Source of the DNA: a bacterium | GTDB taxonomy: Bacteria; UBA10199; 2-02-FULL-44-16; JAAZCA01 | Assembly (NCBI GenBank): GCA_963674695.2 | Contig: CAXXGI010000002.1 | Coordinates: 480,001-544,000, forward strand | DNA: 64,000 bases | Reading direction: 5' to 3' | In this document: positions 29,087 through 37,825 of the stretch, one piece after another | How the letters are laid out: the number at the start of each line of letters is the position of its first letter | Position numbering within the stretch: position 1 is the stretch's first letter | Position numbers and translations under genes: made by a program | Notes under the pieces: model-generated | Database searches by the model: none | What the model was told of the DNA's origin: nothing | The model's input: the letters and a program-made list of their open reading frames with translations, nothing else

Positions 29087-30400
29087 TTAGTGCAGCTCCG
29101 TCATGTCGATGGAAACGATCGACGCGCTCATGGCGTCGTTTGCGGTGACGGCGATATACAGGGTGTCGCCTGCCATGATCGCGGGCCCCGCGGCGCCGGT
29201 GAGCTCCGTGATGGGCACACCTTCCCATCCGTTGGCGCGCGTGTCCAGGAAGAGGACGCGCCCGCCTTCGCCGAAGACGCCGAAGTCGGCGACGGCTGCG
29301 ACGGCGCCGTCGGTCTGTACGGAAGAGATGAAGTTTTCCACCTGCGGCAGTTCGTGATCGGCTGCGATTCCCTCGCTGTCGACGATCATCAGGGCGTTGT
29401 CGGGGCGCTGCCGTGCGAAACAGAGAGCGCCGTTGTCCAGAAGCGCCATTGTCGGGGCGACCTGTCCGGTGATGTTTCCCAAATCGATGATTTGGCGCGA
29501 CAGGTTCGGCAAGGTGAACAGTTCCAGCGCCGCGGAATTGCCGGAATCCAGGTCATAGGTATTTGCTTCCAGCACCGCCAAGCTCCCGTTCGCGAGGAGT
29601 GCCATCGACGTCGGATTCTTGGCCTCGGTCTCGAAGGCCGTACAGGCTTGGCCGTCGACGATGCCGTCTCCCTCGTACGGACAGGCCAGGACCGTTCCAC
29701 TGAAATAGGTGGTCAGGGCCGGGTCGGTGTAGTCGGCGGTATCGATGTTGGAGGTGGCGATGAAGATCTGTTCGCCGGCAAGGATTGCGCCGTTTGGATT
29801 GTTCGGTGCAAACCCGAGAGTGCTCACGATTGGCAGCGATGCAAAATTGATGGCGGTTGTAGCGGCGCCGCTTTCCGCATCGACGACCGTGATCCCGTCT
29901 GGGCTGGCATGAGCGATCAGGTGGTAGCGATCGGAAAGGCGGATATGGTTGGAGGGATAGCCATCTGCATATCCCACCTCACTCCAGTTCGGTGCGCCGT
30001 CGGTCAGCGGGGTGGAACGAAACAGCGCGCTGGGGGCACCGCTGCAGGTGGCCATGAGTCGATCTCCAGCGGCATCATAGGAGAGGCTGGCGGGGAAGGC
30101 GCAGGGAGCTTGCCCGACAAAGGTAGCGGTGGGACTCATCGGAGTCTCAGGCCGAAGCGCCTGTTCGTCCTCGCGTTCGGTTGCGTCGAAATCATCTTCG
30201 GCATCGGCGATTTCTTCATCCTCATCCAGATCGCCGCCGGTCACCTCATCGTCAGGGTCGCCGTCGACCGGTGGGTCGGCATCGAAGGGGGAGTCCGTGC
30301 GATGGTCGAGGTCACCGTCGGCGGGTTTGTTCTCCGACGAAGAACAGCCCCATGCCGTGATGGCCAACGTGATGAGTGTGATTGCGATTCCCAGTCCCAT
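29087..30400 (-). CDS. Surface lipoprotein, probable beta-propeller (YncE/BtuG-like)
   Basis: AGGAG RBS, lipobox AWGC, acidic linker, repeated propeller-like strands; inside the B12 operon. Confidence 0.65.
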   Translation of the reverse strand: MGLGIAITLITLAITAWGCSSSENKPADGDLDHRTDSPFDADPPVDGDPDDEVTGGDLDEDEEIADAEDDFDATEREDEQALRPETPMSPTATFVGQAPCAFPASLSYDAAGDRLMATCSGAPSALFRSTPLTDGAPNWSEVGYADGYPSNHIRLSDRYHLIAHASPDGITVVDAESGAATTAINFASLPIVSTLGFAPNNPNGAILAGEQIFIATSNIDTADYTDPALTTYFSGTVLACPYEGDGIVDGQACTAFETEAKNPTSMALLANGSLAVLEANTYDLDSGNSAALELFTLPNLSRQIIDLGNITGQVAPTMALLDNGALCFARQRPDNALMIVDSEGIAADHELPQVENFISSVQTDGAVAAVADFGVFGEGGRVLFLDTRANGWEGVPITELTGAAGPAIMAGDTLYIAVTANDAMSASIVSIDMTELH

Positions 30401-30444
30401 GATGTTCTCCTGTTTCTTTGTGAAAAAACGATTTTGCCAATCTT

Positions 30445-30515
30445 TGTCATTCCCGCGGAGGCGGGAATCTCGATTTTTCAAGTACTTCGAGATTCCCGCC
30501 TCCGCGGGAATGACA
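30445..30515. repeat. REP-like palindromic element (TGTCAT...ATGACA family)
   Basis: TGTCATTCCCGCGGAGGCGGGAATCTCGA arms; spacer is a near reverse complement of the 3671 copy. Confidence 0.88.
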
Positions 30516-30520
30516 ACAAA

Positions 30521-32407
30521 TCACTCGTTCTCAATCGTTCCATTGACGACGGCGATGGCATCCAGATCATAGCCGAACGAGTTTCCTCCCAGCCCTGATC
30601 CATCCCGATCGCGGATGCGGATGTAGCGTGCACGGTCGATGCCGATGTCAGCCAGATCGAAGGCTTCACCGCCGGCGGTATCCACATCGAAGGGGCTGAT
30701 GCCATTGTCCGGATGCGAGAAGACGCGTTCATAACCCGAGCATCCTTCGAAGGTCGCCGGGTCGCAGTCGAACTCGGTGAAGTTCACCCCGTCGTCACTC
30801 ACGCCGACGACGCCGAGTTCTTCCCATCCGCTGAAGGCATTTTCAAAGACGATGAAGTCCTCTCCAGCATCATCGACGGCGACACAGGTGCCCAGATCGA
30901 GAACGATCTCGCCGTGCACGCCCAGCGAGAGGACGTGATAGCCGCCGCCGCTGGTCGCCCCGCGTGGCGGGCCCAGGACGATGTCGGGAAAGTCCGCCTG
31001 ACCGAACCCGGCGCCATCGCCGTAGGTGACGGAATGCACCGCCTGCGCAAATCCCTGACAGGGTTCGTCGTCCGTTCCCGTCGGCGGATCCGGCGGCGGA
31101 TCGTTGTCCGATTCGCTTTCCTCCGGCGGCGTGAGCACGATGTCGTTGGGCGATTCGGAGTCGATCGCCACGAGTGTTCCCGGATAGCCGGTGAGCGTGA
31201 AGAGATCGGCGCCGGTGTAATCCTCGCCGCGCAGGCCCGGCCGTACCGCCAGTGCTCCCGCGCCGGTGTTCGCGCCCGTCGGGTTCTCAGCCGATACGCC
31301 GGACGCATACCCGATCACGAACGGATCGCCGCGCGTGGGATTGATCTCGGACAGATCGAACGGAAAGATCGCGCTCTGCTCGAAACTCGAAGCGAAGAGA
31401 TACCGGTTGTCAGTCGAGAGCGTGACGTCCGTGATGTAATCGGTGCCATCGGAGACGACGATCGGGTTGGAGAGGCCGCGCACGACGCGTTCACTTGAGA
31501 AGTCGATCTGATAGACATGTCCATAGGCGGCCGATCCGACATAGCCCATCGTGCCGTCATAGGTCAGCGTCACACCGTGGAAGGCAGCTCCCGCACGACC
31601 CAATGAGAAGGAGCGTGTGATCTCCTCCGCATCCGCGTCGACGATGTCGATGCTCGAATCGCTGCGCGGGAGTCCTGCGGCATCGACGATATCGATGACG
31701 CCGGAGTTGACCACGATGAGCTCCTCGCCAACTCGCACGGTGATTCCGGTCGGGTTGAAGGCGCTGGTGAAGAGAAAGCCGGTGCGCGTGAGGGAAAAAT
31801 CTGCGCCGATATCGAAGATCTGAATGGTGCCCGGTGCACAGACGGACGGTGCTGCGGTGCGGATATAGTTGGCACTCGAGACGAAGAGCTTATCGCCGAT
31901 GCGCGCAATGCCGCCGGGATAAGCGGGGGTGATCGTGTCGTCCGCCTGCGTGCCGTTTGAATTCAGCTGCCCTGGATCGATGGCGATCGGTTCCACCGCG
32001 CTGACGACATCATAGGTCTCGCCCGTGGTCGGGTCGAAGGGGACGATCGAAGAGGAGGTGAGCAGATACGCCTCATGCGGGCCTTCGATCAGGAGGCGAG
32101 CTGGAAGTCCCGATCCATCGGGTGAACGCATCCCCGTAAAGGTCGACGAGATGATCATCGGGTTTGTATCGAGATCGATGGCGATCACGCCGGCGGGGTC
32201 GGAGAAGTTCACCACGAAGGCGGTGGAGCGCATGCCGTCGATGTCGGGGATCACGAGGTCCGCCGGAAAATCGGAGGTCAGCGCGAACGCCGGAGGGATA
32301 ACCTCGCTGCCGTCGGGGGTGTCCGGAATGGTGGTGTAGATCTGGCTATGTCCGCAGGCAGTGAGCATGAGTGCCAGCAGGGCTCCCAATAAGAGTTTTC
32401 GATACAT
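30521..32407 (-). CDS. Surface lipoprotein: beta-propeller plus C-terminal BtuH-like domain
   Basis: Lipobox LTAC; propeller repeats; C-terminal SLG..G.IVL...DFIVFENAF...FDLAD....YIRIRD...DLDAI. Confidence 0.65.
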   Translation of the reverse strand: MYRKLLLGALLALMLTACGHSQIYTTIPDTPDGSEVIPPAFALTSDFPADLVIPDIDGMRSTAFVVNFSDPAGVIAIDLDTNPMIISSTFTGMRSPDGSGLPARLLIEGPHEAYLLTSSSIVPFDPTTGETYDVVSAVEPIAIDPGQLNSNGTQADDTITPAYPGGIARIGDKLFVSSANYIRTAAPSVCAPGTIQIFDIGADFSLTRTGFLFTSAFNPTGITVRVGEELIVVNSGVIDIVDAAGLPRSDSSIDIVDADAEEITRSFSLGRAGAAFHGVTLTYDGTMGYVGSAAYGHVYQIDFSSERVVRGLSNPIVVSDGTDYITDVTLSTDNRYLFASSFEQSAIFPFDLSEINPTRGDPFVIGYASGVSAENPTGANTGAGALAVRPGLRGEDYTGADLFTLTGYPGTLVAIDSESPNDIVLTPPEESESDNDPPPDPPTGTDDEPCQGFAQAVHSVTYGDGAGFGQADFPDIVLGPPRGATSGGGYHVLSLGVHGEIVLDLGTCVAVDDAGEDFIVFENAFSGWEELGVVGVSDDGVNFTEFDCDPATFEGCSGYERVFSHPDNGISPFDVDTAGGEAFDLADIGIDRARYIRIRDRDGSGLGGNSFGYDLDAIAVVNGTIENE

Positions 32408-32427
32408 GTGCTTCTCCTTCTGAATGG

Positions 32428-32498
32428 TGTCATTCCCGCGAAGGCGGGAATCTCGACGGTCACGGCCCATCGAGATCCCCGCGTTCGCGGGGATGACA
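32428..32498. repeat. REP-like palindromic element (TGTCAT...ATGACA family)
   Basis: TGTCATTCCCGCGAAGGCGGGAATCTCG ... CGAGATCCCCGCGTTCGCGGGGATGACA. Confidence 0.88.
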
Positions 32499-32514
32499 CC
32501 CCCAAGGTTTGTCA

Positions 32515-34626
32515 TCAGCCGGATGAGTCACGAGTCACGGCTTTATAGTTCGCTCCCACCGTCATCCAGTAGCTGCGGCGCGGCAGCGGGAAACCCCGCG
32601 CATCGTAGATCTGTACGTTGGTTACATCCTTCACCTCGACGGTGGCGAAGAAATGCTTTGCGAATCGCCAGCGTGCGCCGAGGTTCAGCGCGGTGTGGCC
32701 GGTCAGCCAGACGGTGTTCGCTGTATTGACCGGGTAGTCGCCGATGTATTGCACTTCGCCGAAGAGGGTCAGCGTTTTGATGAATCCTTCGAGCCGCGCG
32801 TTGGCCTTATGTCGCGGCCGTCCCGGCAGGCGACGGCCATTCGCGACAAACGTCGCGTCGAGAAAGGTGTAGTTCGCGTCGAGATGAACGTATTTCACCG
32901 GATCGAAACGGGCGGTCAGTTCCACGCCGCGGCTGCGCGCGCGATCGGTGTTGACCGGCATGATCGTCGTGGCTGAGATGGGCACGAACATGATCTGGTT
33001 GTCGATGCGACGATCAAAATAGATACACTCGAGTCCCGCGATGCGATGATCGAGCGCAATTCCCGCATCCCATTCGAAAGCCTGTTCGTCATTTAAGTTT
33101 GCGTTGCCGCGGATATATCCCTGATCCGGGTAATAGAGTTCGTCGAACGAGGGATAGCGAAAGGAGGTGCCGACGTTCGCTTTGATCGTCAGCCAGGTGA
33201 GCGGTCGTCCGATCGCGCCCACCTTCCAACTCAAATGGCTTCGGCGGGAACTCGCGGTTTCGACCCGCGCGCGCGGCACGAAGACGAGCCGTTCTCCCAG
33301 AAGTCCCACCTCCTCCTCGAGGAAGAGGGCATTGGTCACGCGCCCATGCGTCCCCATGAGATTGGCACCCGCCAGCGGCGATTCGTCATGCGTGTGATCA
33401 TAGCGCAGCTGATACCGGAAGGTGGTGAGCAGGTTCACATGGCGTGATGAAAATCCATGTTGAAGCTTGGCATATCCCTCGGGTGCATAGGAGACCCAGG
33501 TGGTATCGATCGGGCCGCCTAGCGCCGGGCTTGGGTCGGTGAAGTGATCGTGACTGAAGAGGTTGGTGATGCCGACCTCACCGGTGAGCCCTGAGGTGAT
33601 GAGCGGGTCGATCGCGAGCTTGAGGCTCGAGACGGTACGAAAGAGTTCTTCATTCGCTTCCAGCGGATTGGCTGGATAGAGCTGTGTGGTTTCGATCTCC
33701 ATGCCCGGCACCTGGCGGTCGGTCCAGAGGAAGTCGTTGGCGACCGAGACGGTGAGCGCGTCGGTCGGGCGCACATCGAACTTGGCCAGCACATCCTCCA
33801 TGATCGAACGGTTATGCAGGCGCGTATAGATGCGGGGATTTGCGACCTGCCCGCCGGCCAGTGTCACTCCGGCGCTGCGAAAGGTGAAGTCGCCCCCGGT
33901 GGAACGGTGCGAGTGCGCCAGCACCAGATCCCACATCTCATGTGGTTCGCGCCAGGACTCCTGGGTTTTGAGCGTTGCAAACGAGGCGCCGGTCAGCGCC
34001 AGGTCGATGGCGCGAGTTTTTCCCGCGCTCTTGGTGACGATGTTGATGACGCCACCGATCGCGTCCGTGCCGAAGCGAGCCGAGGCATCCCCACGGATGA
34101 TCTCGATGCGATCGATCGCCTCGATCGGAATGGTGGAGAAGTCGACGGCCCCGGCCAGCGCGGTATTGATGCGCACGCCATCGAGGAAGACCGCGACCTG
34201 TTCAGCCGATGATCCGCGGATGGAGACCGTGGAGAGCTGCCCTTCGCCGCCCATGCTGGTGACGTCGACGCCGACGGTCTGTGAGATCATCTCGGAGATC
34301 GATTGGGTGGTGATGCGGGTGGCATCCGGACGGATGATCGTGGCAAACGCGCTGACATCCTCGTTCGATACCCGCCTGGCGCGCCCTTCGACGCGAACTT
34401 CGCCTATATGAACCCCTTCCGTTTCCCCTTCCCCTTTAGGGGGGAGGGAGGTCGGCATCGAAGATGTCGACGGGAGGGGGTGACCTATTGCTTCGATCGC
34501 ACGATCGGGAGCCGTCTCCTGCGCATTGAGGAGTGTCGGGGAGAAATGGATCCCGGCGACGAGGAGGAGGGTGACAAAAAAAACCTTCCGCCTCGCGGGG
34601 AAGGTTTTGGAAACGCGTACCACCAT
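32515..34626 (-). CDS. btuB: TonB-dependent receptor, vitamin B12 transporter
   Basis: Plug motifs SIRGS, IDRIEIIRG, GGVINIVT; beta-barrel; directly downstream of a cobalamin riboswitch. Confidence 0.85.
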   Translation of the reverse strand: MVVRVSKTFPARRKVFFVTLLLVAGIHFSPTLLNAQETAPDRAIEAIGHPLPSTSSMPTSLPPKGEGETEGVHIGEVRVEGRARRVSNEDVSAFATIIRPDATRITTQSISEMISQTVGVDVTSMGGEGQLSTVSIRGSSAEQVAVFLDGVRINTALAGAVDFSTIPIEAIDRIEIIRGDASARFGTDAIGGVINIVTKSAGKTRAIDLALTGASFATLKTQESWREPHEMWDLVLAHSHRSTGGDFTFRSAGVTLAGGQVANPRIYTRLHNRSIMEDVLAKFDVRPTDALTVSVANDFLWTDRQVPGMEIETTQLYPANPLEANEELFRTVSSLKLAIDPLITSGLTGEVGITNLFSHDHFTDPSPALGGPIDTTWVSYAPEGYAKLQHGFSSRHVNLLTTFRYQLRYDHTHDESPLAGANLMGTHGRVTNALFLEEEVGLLGERLVFVPRARVETASSRRSHLSWKVGAIGRPLTWLTIKANVGTSFRYPSFDELYYPDQGYIRGNANLNDEQAFEWDAGIALDHRIAGLECIYFDRRIDNQIMFVPISATTIMPVNTDRARSRGVELTARFDPVKYVHLDANYTFLDATFVANGRRLPGRPRHKANARLEGFIKTLTLFGEVQYIGDYPVNTANTVWLTGHTALNLGARWRFAKHFFATVEVKDVTNVQIYDARGFPLPRRSYWMTVGANYKAVTRDSSG

Positions 34627-34671
34627 GCGCCGCCTCTTTCCGCGAAGAGTGCACAACAACTGAAAAGGTGC

Positions 34672-34850
34672 CGGCGCAAGGTTTCCTGACTCGGGAGTTT
34701 CGGGATTTTCTCCGAAATCGCTTTCGCCTCGCCTTCCCGTCCCCCTTCGGACAGTGACTGACATACGTGCGGCGAAAGATTGCTCCCTTACAGTGGCGGG
34801 ACCGCGCGGGATTTTCACCCGCTTCCCTTGCACGCCGGACCGCCGACTTC
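34672..34850 (-). promoter_or_regulatory. Cobalamin riboswitch
   Basis: Minus strand AAGGGAA-GCGGGTGAAAATCCCGC-GCGGTCCCGCCACTGT ... GTCACTG ... GGGAAGG ... GAGTCAGGAAACCT (B12 box). Confidence 0.93.
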
Positions 34851-34940
34851 GCCCCCTCCCTAGCAGGGCTCACCCCGAGTTGTCAAATGGGGAGGGTGTT
34901 TTTGTTTTGAACTGCCCGTTGGGAACTGCTAGCGGGGTGT

Positions 34941-35648
34941 ATGCAAAAACCAAAGCCAAGGCCCATGTCCAAACCCAGGCTCACCCCCATGACCACGACG
35001 CTGTGGGAGTATCCTTCCCAGCACTATTCGGCCGTCGGCGAGAAGGGGAAGGAGTATATCGGTGCCACGCCCTCCTGGGTCGTCTGGAATCTCCTCACCC
35101 GCTATACGCGCGAGAAGGATCTGATCGTCGATCCGATGTGCGGCTCCGGTACGACCATCGACGTCGCGCGCGAGTTAGGGCGCCGGGCGCTCGGCTACGA
35201 CATCCATCCCGTTCGCAAGGACATCTTTCGCGCTGATGCACAAAAGCTCCCGCTCGAGGACGGCAAGGCCGATTTCGTCTTCATCGACCCGCCGTATTCG
35301 GATCACATCGTCTATTCGGATGAGAAGGCCTGCATCGGAAAACTCTCGGCATTCGAGGAGCCCTATTTCGACGCGATGAAAAAGGTCATCGCCGAGTGCG
35401 ATCGCGTCCTCAAACCCCGCCGCTGCATGGCGCTGTATGTGAGCGATTCCTATCAGAAGAAGAAGGGGTTCGTGCCGATCGGCTTTCGCCTCTTTACGAT
35501 GCTCTCCCAGCACTTCAGCCCGCTCGATATCGTCTCCGTCGTTCGTCACAACAAAAAGCTCGAGCGCTCCCGTTGGCATACCGAAGCGATCAAAGGCAAC
35601 TACTACCTGCGCGGATTCAATTATCTGTTTATTATGAAGAAGGGGTAA
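34941..35648 (+). CDS. Orphan amino-methyltransferase (N4/N6 DNA methylase or Trm11-like); start may be 34965
   Basis: DPMCGSGTT (SAM binding) and DPPY (catalytic) motifs; no adjacent nuclease. Confidence 0.8.
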   Translation: MQKPKPRPMSKPRLTPMTTTLWEYPSQHYSAVGEKGKEYIGATPSWVVWNLLTRYTREKDLIVDPMCGSGTTIDVARELGRRALGYDIHPVRKDIFRADAQKLPLEDGKADFVFIDPPYSDHIVYSDEKACIGKLSAFEEPYFDAMKKVIAECDRVLKPRRCMALYVSDSYQKKKGFVPIGFRLFTMLSQHFSPLDIVSVVRHNKKLERSRWHTEAIKGNYYLRGFNYLFIMKKG

Positions 35649-35652
35649 ACCT

Positions 35653-35760
35653 CGAAGGGCGAAGGGCGAAGGACGAAGGGCGAAGGGCGAAGGGCGAAGG
35701 GCGAAGGGCGAAGGGCGAAGGGCGAAGGACGAAGGACGAAGGACGAAGGACGAAGGACGA
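35653..35760. repeat. Tandem heptamer repeat (CGAAGGR)x15
   Basis: 15 contiguous CGAAGGG/CGAAGGA units just after the methyltransferase stop. Confidence 0.95.
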
Positions 35761-35775
35761 CCGCGAACCGAAATG

Positions 35776-35846
35776 TGTCATTCCCGCGAACGCGGGAATC
35801 TCGCTTTTTACGGCACATCGAGATCCCCGCTTTCGCGGGGATGACA
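35776..35846. repeat. REP-like palindromic element (TGTCAT...ATGACA family)
   Basis: TGTCATTCCCGCGAACGCGGGAATCTCG ... CGAGATCCCCGCTTTCGCGGGGATGACA. Confidence 0.88.
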
Positions 35847-35863
35847 AAGAGACAGGTTTGTCA

Positions 35864-37348
35864 TCAATACTTTTTCCGCCGATACGCCAGTATTCCCATC
35901 GCCATCAGGAGCATCGCCAGTGCCGAGGGATTGGCACCGGCCGATGAAACGAGCGCGCAGCCACCGCCGCTCCCACCACCGCCTCCACCCTGCGTGCCGG
36001 TTCCCGAGAGCAGGATCTGCTGCGGGCTATCCGCGGCATCATCGGTGACTTCCAGGACCGAGTCGTAGGTTCCCTCCGCCGGTGGGGCGAAGGTGAGCGC
36101 GATCGTGCAGGTTCCTCCCGGGGCGATCGATTCTCCATGACAGGAATCGGTATGGCTGAATCCGCTGGAGTTGCTCTCTCCGGCGAGGGTGACGGAACTC
36201 ACGGCGAGGTTTTCCGAGCCGCTGTTGGTCAGCGTCACCGTCTGTACGTCGCTGGTTGATCCTTTCTCCACGTTTCCGAAATCAATGTTCGTCGCCGACA
36301 GGCTCACCGATGGCGAGCCGGACGAGGTTCCGGTGCCCGTGAGCGCGATCGTCTGCGGACTGTCGGTGGCGTTATCCGTGATCGTCACGGTGCCGGAGAA
36401 GGTTCCCACCGCACTCGGTGTGAAGGTAATCGAGAGCGTGCAGGTCGCATCGACGGCAAGCGTCGCTCCACAGTCATCGGCGACGGCGAAATTTCCGCTG
36501 GCCACGATGGAATCGATGGTCAGCGCGGCCGTTCCGGTATTGGCCAACGTCACTTCCTCGGCGGTGCTCGTCGTCCCGACGGTCTGTCCGGCGAAGGCGA
36601 CGGCATGACGCGAGAACGACGGATCCGGATGCCCCTGTTCGATGCCGGTGCCGGTCAGCGCAATCGTCTGCGGGCTGTCACTGGCATCATCGGTGATCGT
36701 CACCGTGCCCGTGACCGCACCCGTGGCTGTCGGCGTGAAGGTGGCCAGCAGGGTGCAGGTCGCATCCACCGCGAGCGTGTCGCCGCAGTCATCGGTGACC
36801 GCGAACGGCGCATCGGTTTCGATGCTGGTGATCGCAAGTGCCATGTTGCCGGCGTTGGTGAGCGTCACCTCATGCGGGTGGCTGGATTTATTGATCGTCT
36901 GGTCGCCGTAGGCGATGGCAGAGGCCGAGAGCACCGCGCGCGGGCTCACGCCCTGGCCTTCGACCACCGAGGTGTCGACGATCTCGCGGCTCAAGCTCAA
37001 GACCGTGGTGCTGGTCACGTAGTGGCCGCTGCCGGCCGGGGAAAACGAGACGTGGACGTCGCAGCTCTCCTCTTCGAAGAGAAACGCGTTCGAACAGCCG
37101 TCGCTCACGACCGTGAAGTGATCGCTGTCGGCGAGTGTGACCGAAAAGATATAGAGCGGCAGGATGCCGTCGGCTGCGGTGACCGTGAGTGTTTCCGTAT
37201 CCGAGGTCGTGCCCGCACGTGTATCGGAGAACTCGAGCGGGTCGGGCGTGATCTCCGCCTTTGGAATGACCCGCTGGGCAGTGGCCGTGGAGATGAACCC
37301 GAAGAGGGTGAAAGAGAGGACGAGGGCGAAAACCAATGTGCGGCGCAT
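35864..37348 (-). CDS. Surface protein with about four ASH/choice-of-anchor-D Ig-like domains and a Cys-containing C-terminal sorting signal (MYXO-CTERM-like)
   Basis: Repeats VTLTN.G...L.I, C...L....TC, ITDDA.DSPQTIALTGTG; tail GGGGCALV-TM-RRKKY. Confidence 0.85.
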   Translation of the reverse strand: MRRTLVFALVLSFTLFGFISTATAQRVIPKAEITPDPLEFSDTRAGTTSDTETLTVTAADGILPLYIFSVTLADSDHFTVVSDGCSNAFLFEEESCDVHVSFSPAGSGHYVTSTTVLSLSREIVDTSVVEGQGVSPRAVLSASAIAYGDQTINKSSHPHEVTLTNAGNMALAITSIETDAPFAVTDDCGDTLAVDATCTLLATFTPTATGAVTGTVTITDDASDSPQTIALTGTGIEQGHPDPSFSRHAVAFAGQTVGTTSTAEEVTLANTGTAALTIDSIVASGNFAVADDCGATLAVDATCTLSITFTPSAVGTFSGTVTITDNATDSPQTIALTGTGTSSGSPSVSLSATNIDFGNVEKGSTSDVQTVTLTNSGSENLAVSSVTLAGESNSSGFSHTDSCHGESIAPGGTCTIALTFAPPAEGTYDSVLEVTDDAADSPQQILLSGTGTQGGGGGGSGGGCALVSSAGANPSALAMLLMAMGILAYRRKKY

Positions 37349-37725
37349 GGAGTGCTCCTTGCTGATGAAAGGATATCGTCGTCTATTCTACCGAAACATT
37401 GCCCCGTTGAGGAGGGCGTGACCAAGGGATGAGGTATCGCTTCCCCTCCTGAAGGCGATGGATCGAACCATGGCACAGTTTGTGCTTTGGGGCAACGGAC
37501 GGAAATGGAGTTCATTTTCCATCTATCTCCTCCTTCCGCTGCCGATAAGAGGAGCAATGCCGCCATTTGCTGCGTCTGCAGCGATTGGCATTGAATGCCG
37601 TTTTGTCCGGTGTGTATTCCTTCGTGTGACGATTTAAAATGGACGTTGGTACATTTGACGCTCCTGGGTATTTCAACACGATTTCATCCCCCGCCGACAA
37701 TCAAATGAAGAGAAATACCAATTCA

Positions 37726-37778
37726 TATCAATAGATTATAAAGACCCCATCGATCGCTGTTTTGGCACACAACTTGCT
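37726..37778 (+). promoter_or_regulatory. IHF site plus sigma-54 promoter
   Basis: TATCAATAGATTA (37726-37738) matches WATCAANNNNTTR; TGGCAC-ACAAC-TTGCT at 37763-37778. Confidence 0.72.
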
Positions 37779-37825
37779 CTTATATAGAGGTTGAACAACG
37801 ATGAATACCTCCGTTGGGGGGCTTT

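Noticed and set aside
30401-32515. N-terminal extensions of the two lipoproteins (DSRLRGND peptides at 30401-30481 and 32408-32515)
   Set aside because: They are read-through of palindromic elements; good RBS and signal peptides start at 30400 and 32407.
34627-34833. 69-aa N-terminal extension of the TonB receptor ORF
   Set aside because: It is translated riboswitch sequence; the plausible start is ATG 34626.
35653-35846. Possible CRISPR array
   Set aside because: Contiguous 7-mers without spacers and no cas genes in the window.
37541-37637. GCCGATAA plus AGGAG followed by a 26-codon ORF (MPPFAASAAIG...)
   Set aside because: No matching -35 element and no recognisable peptide; cannot be supported.
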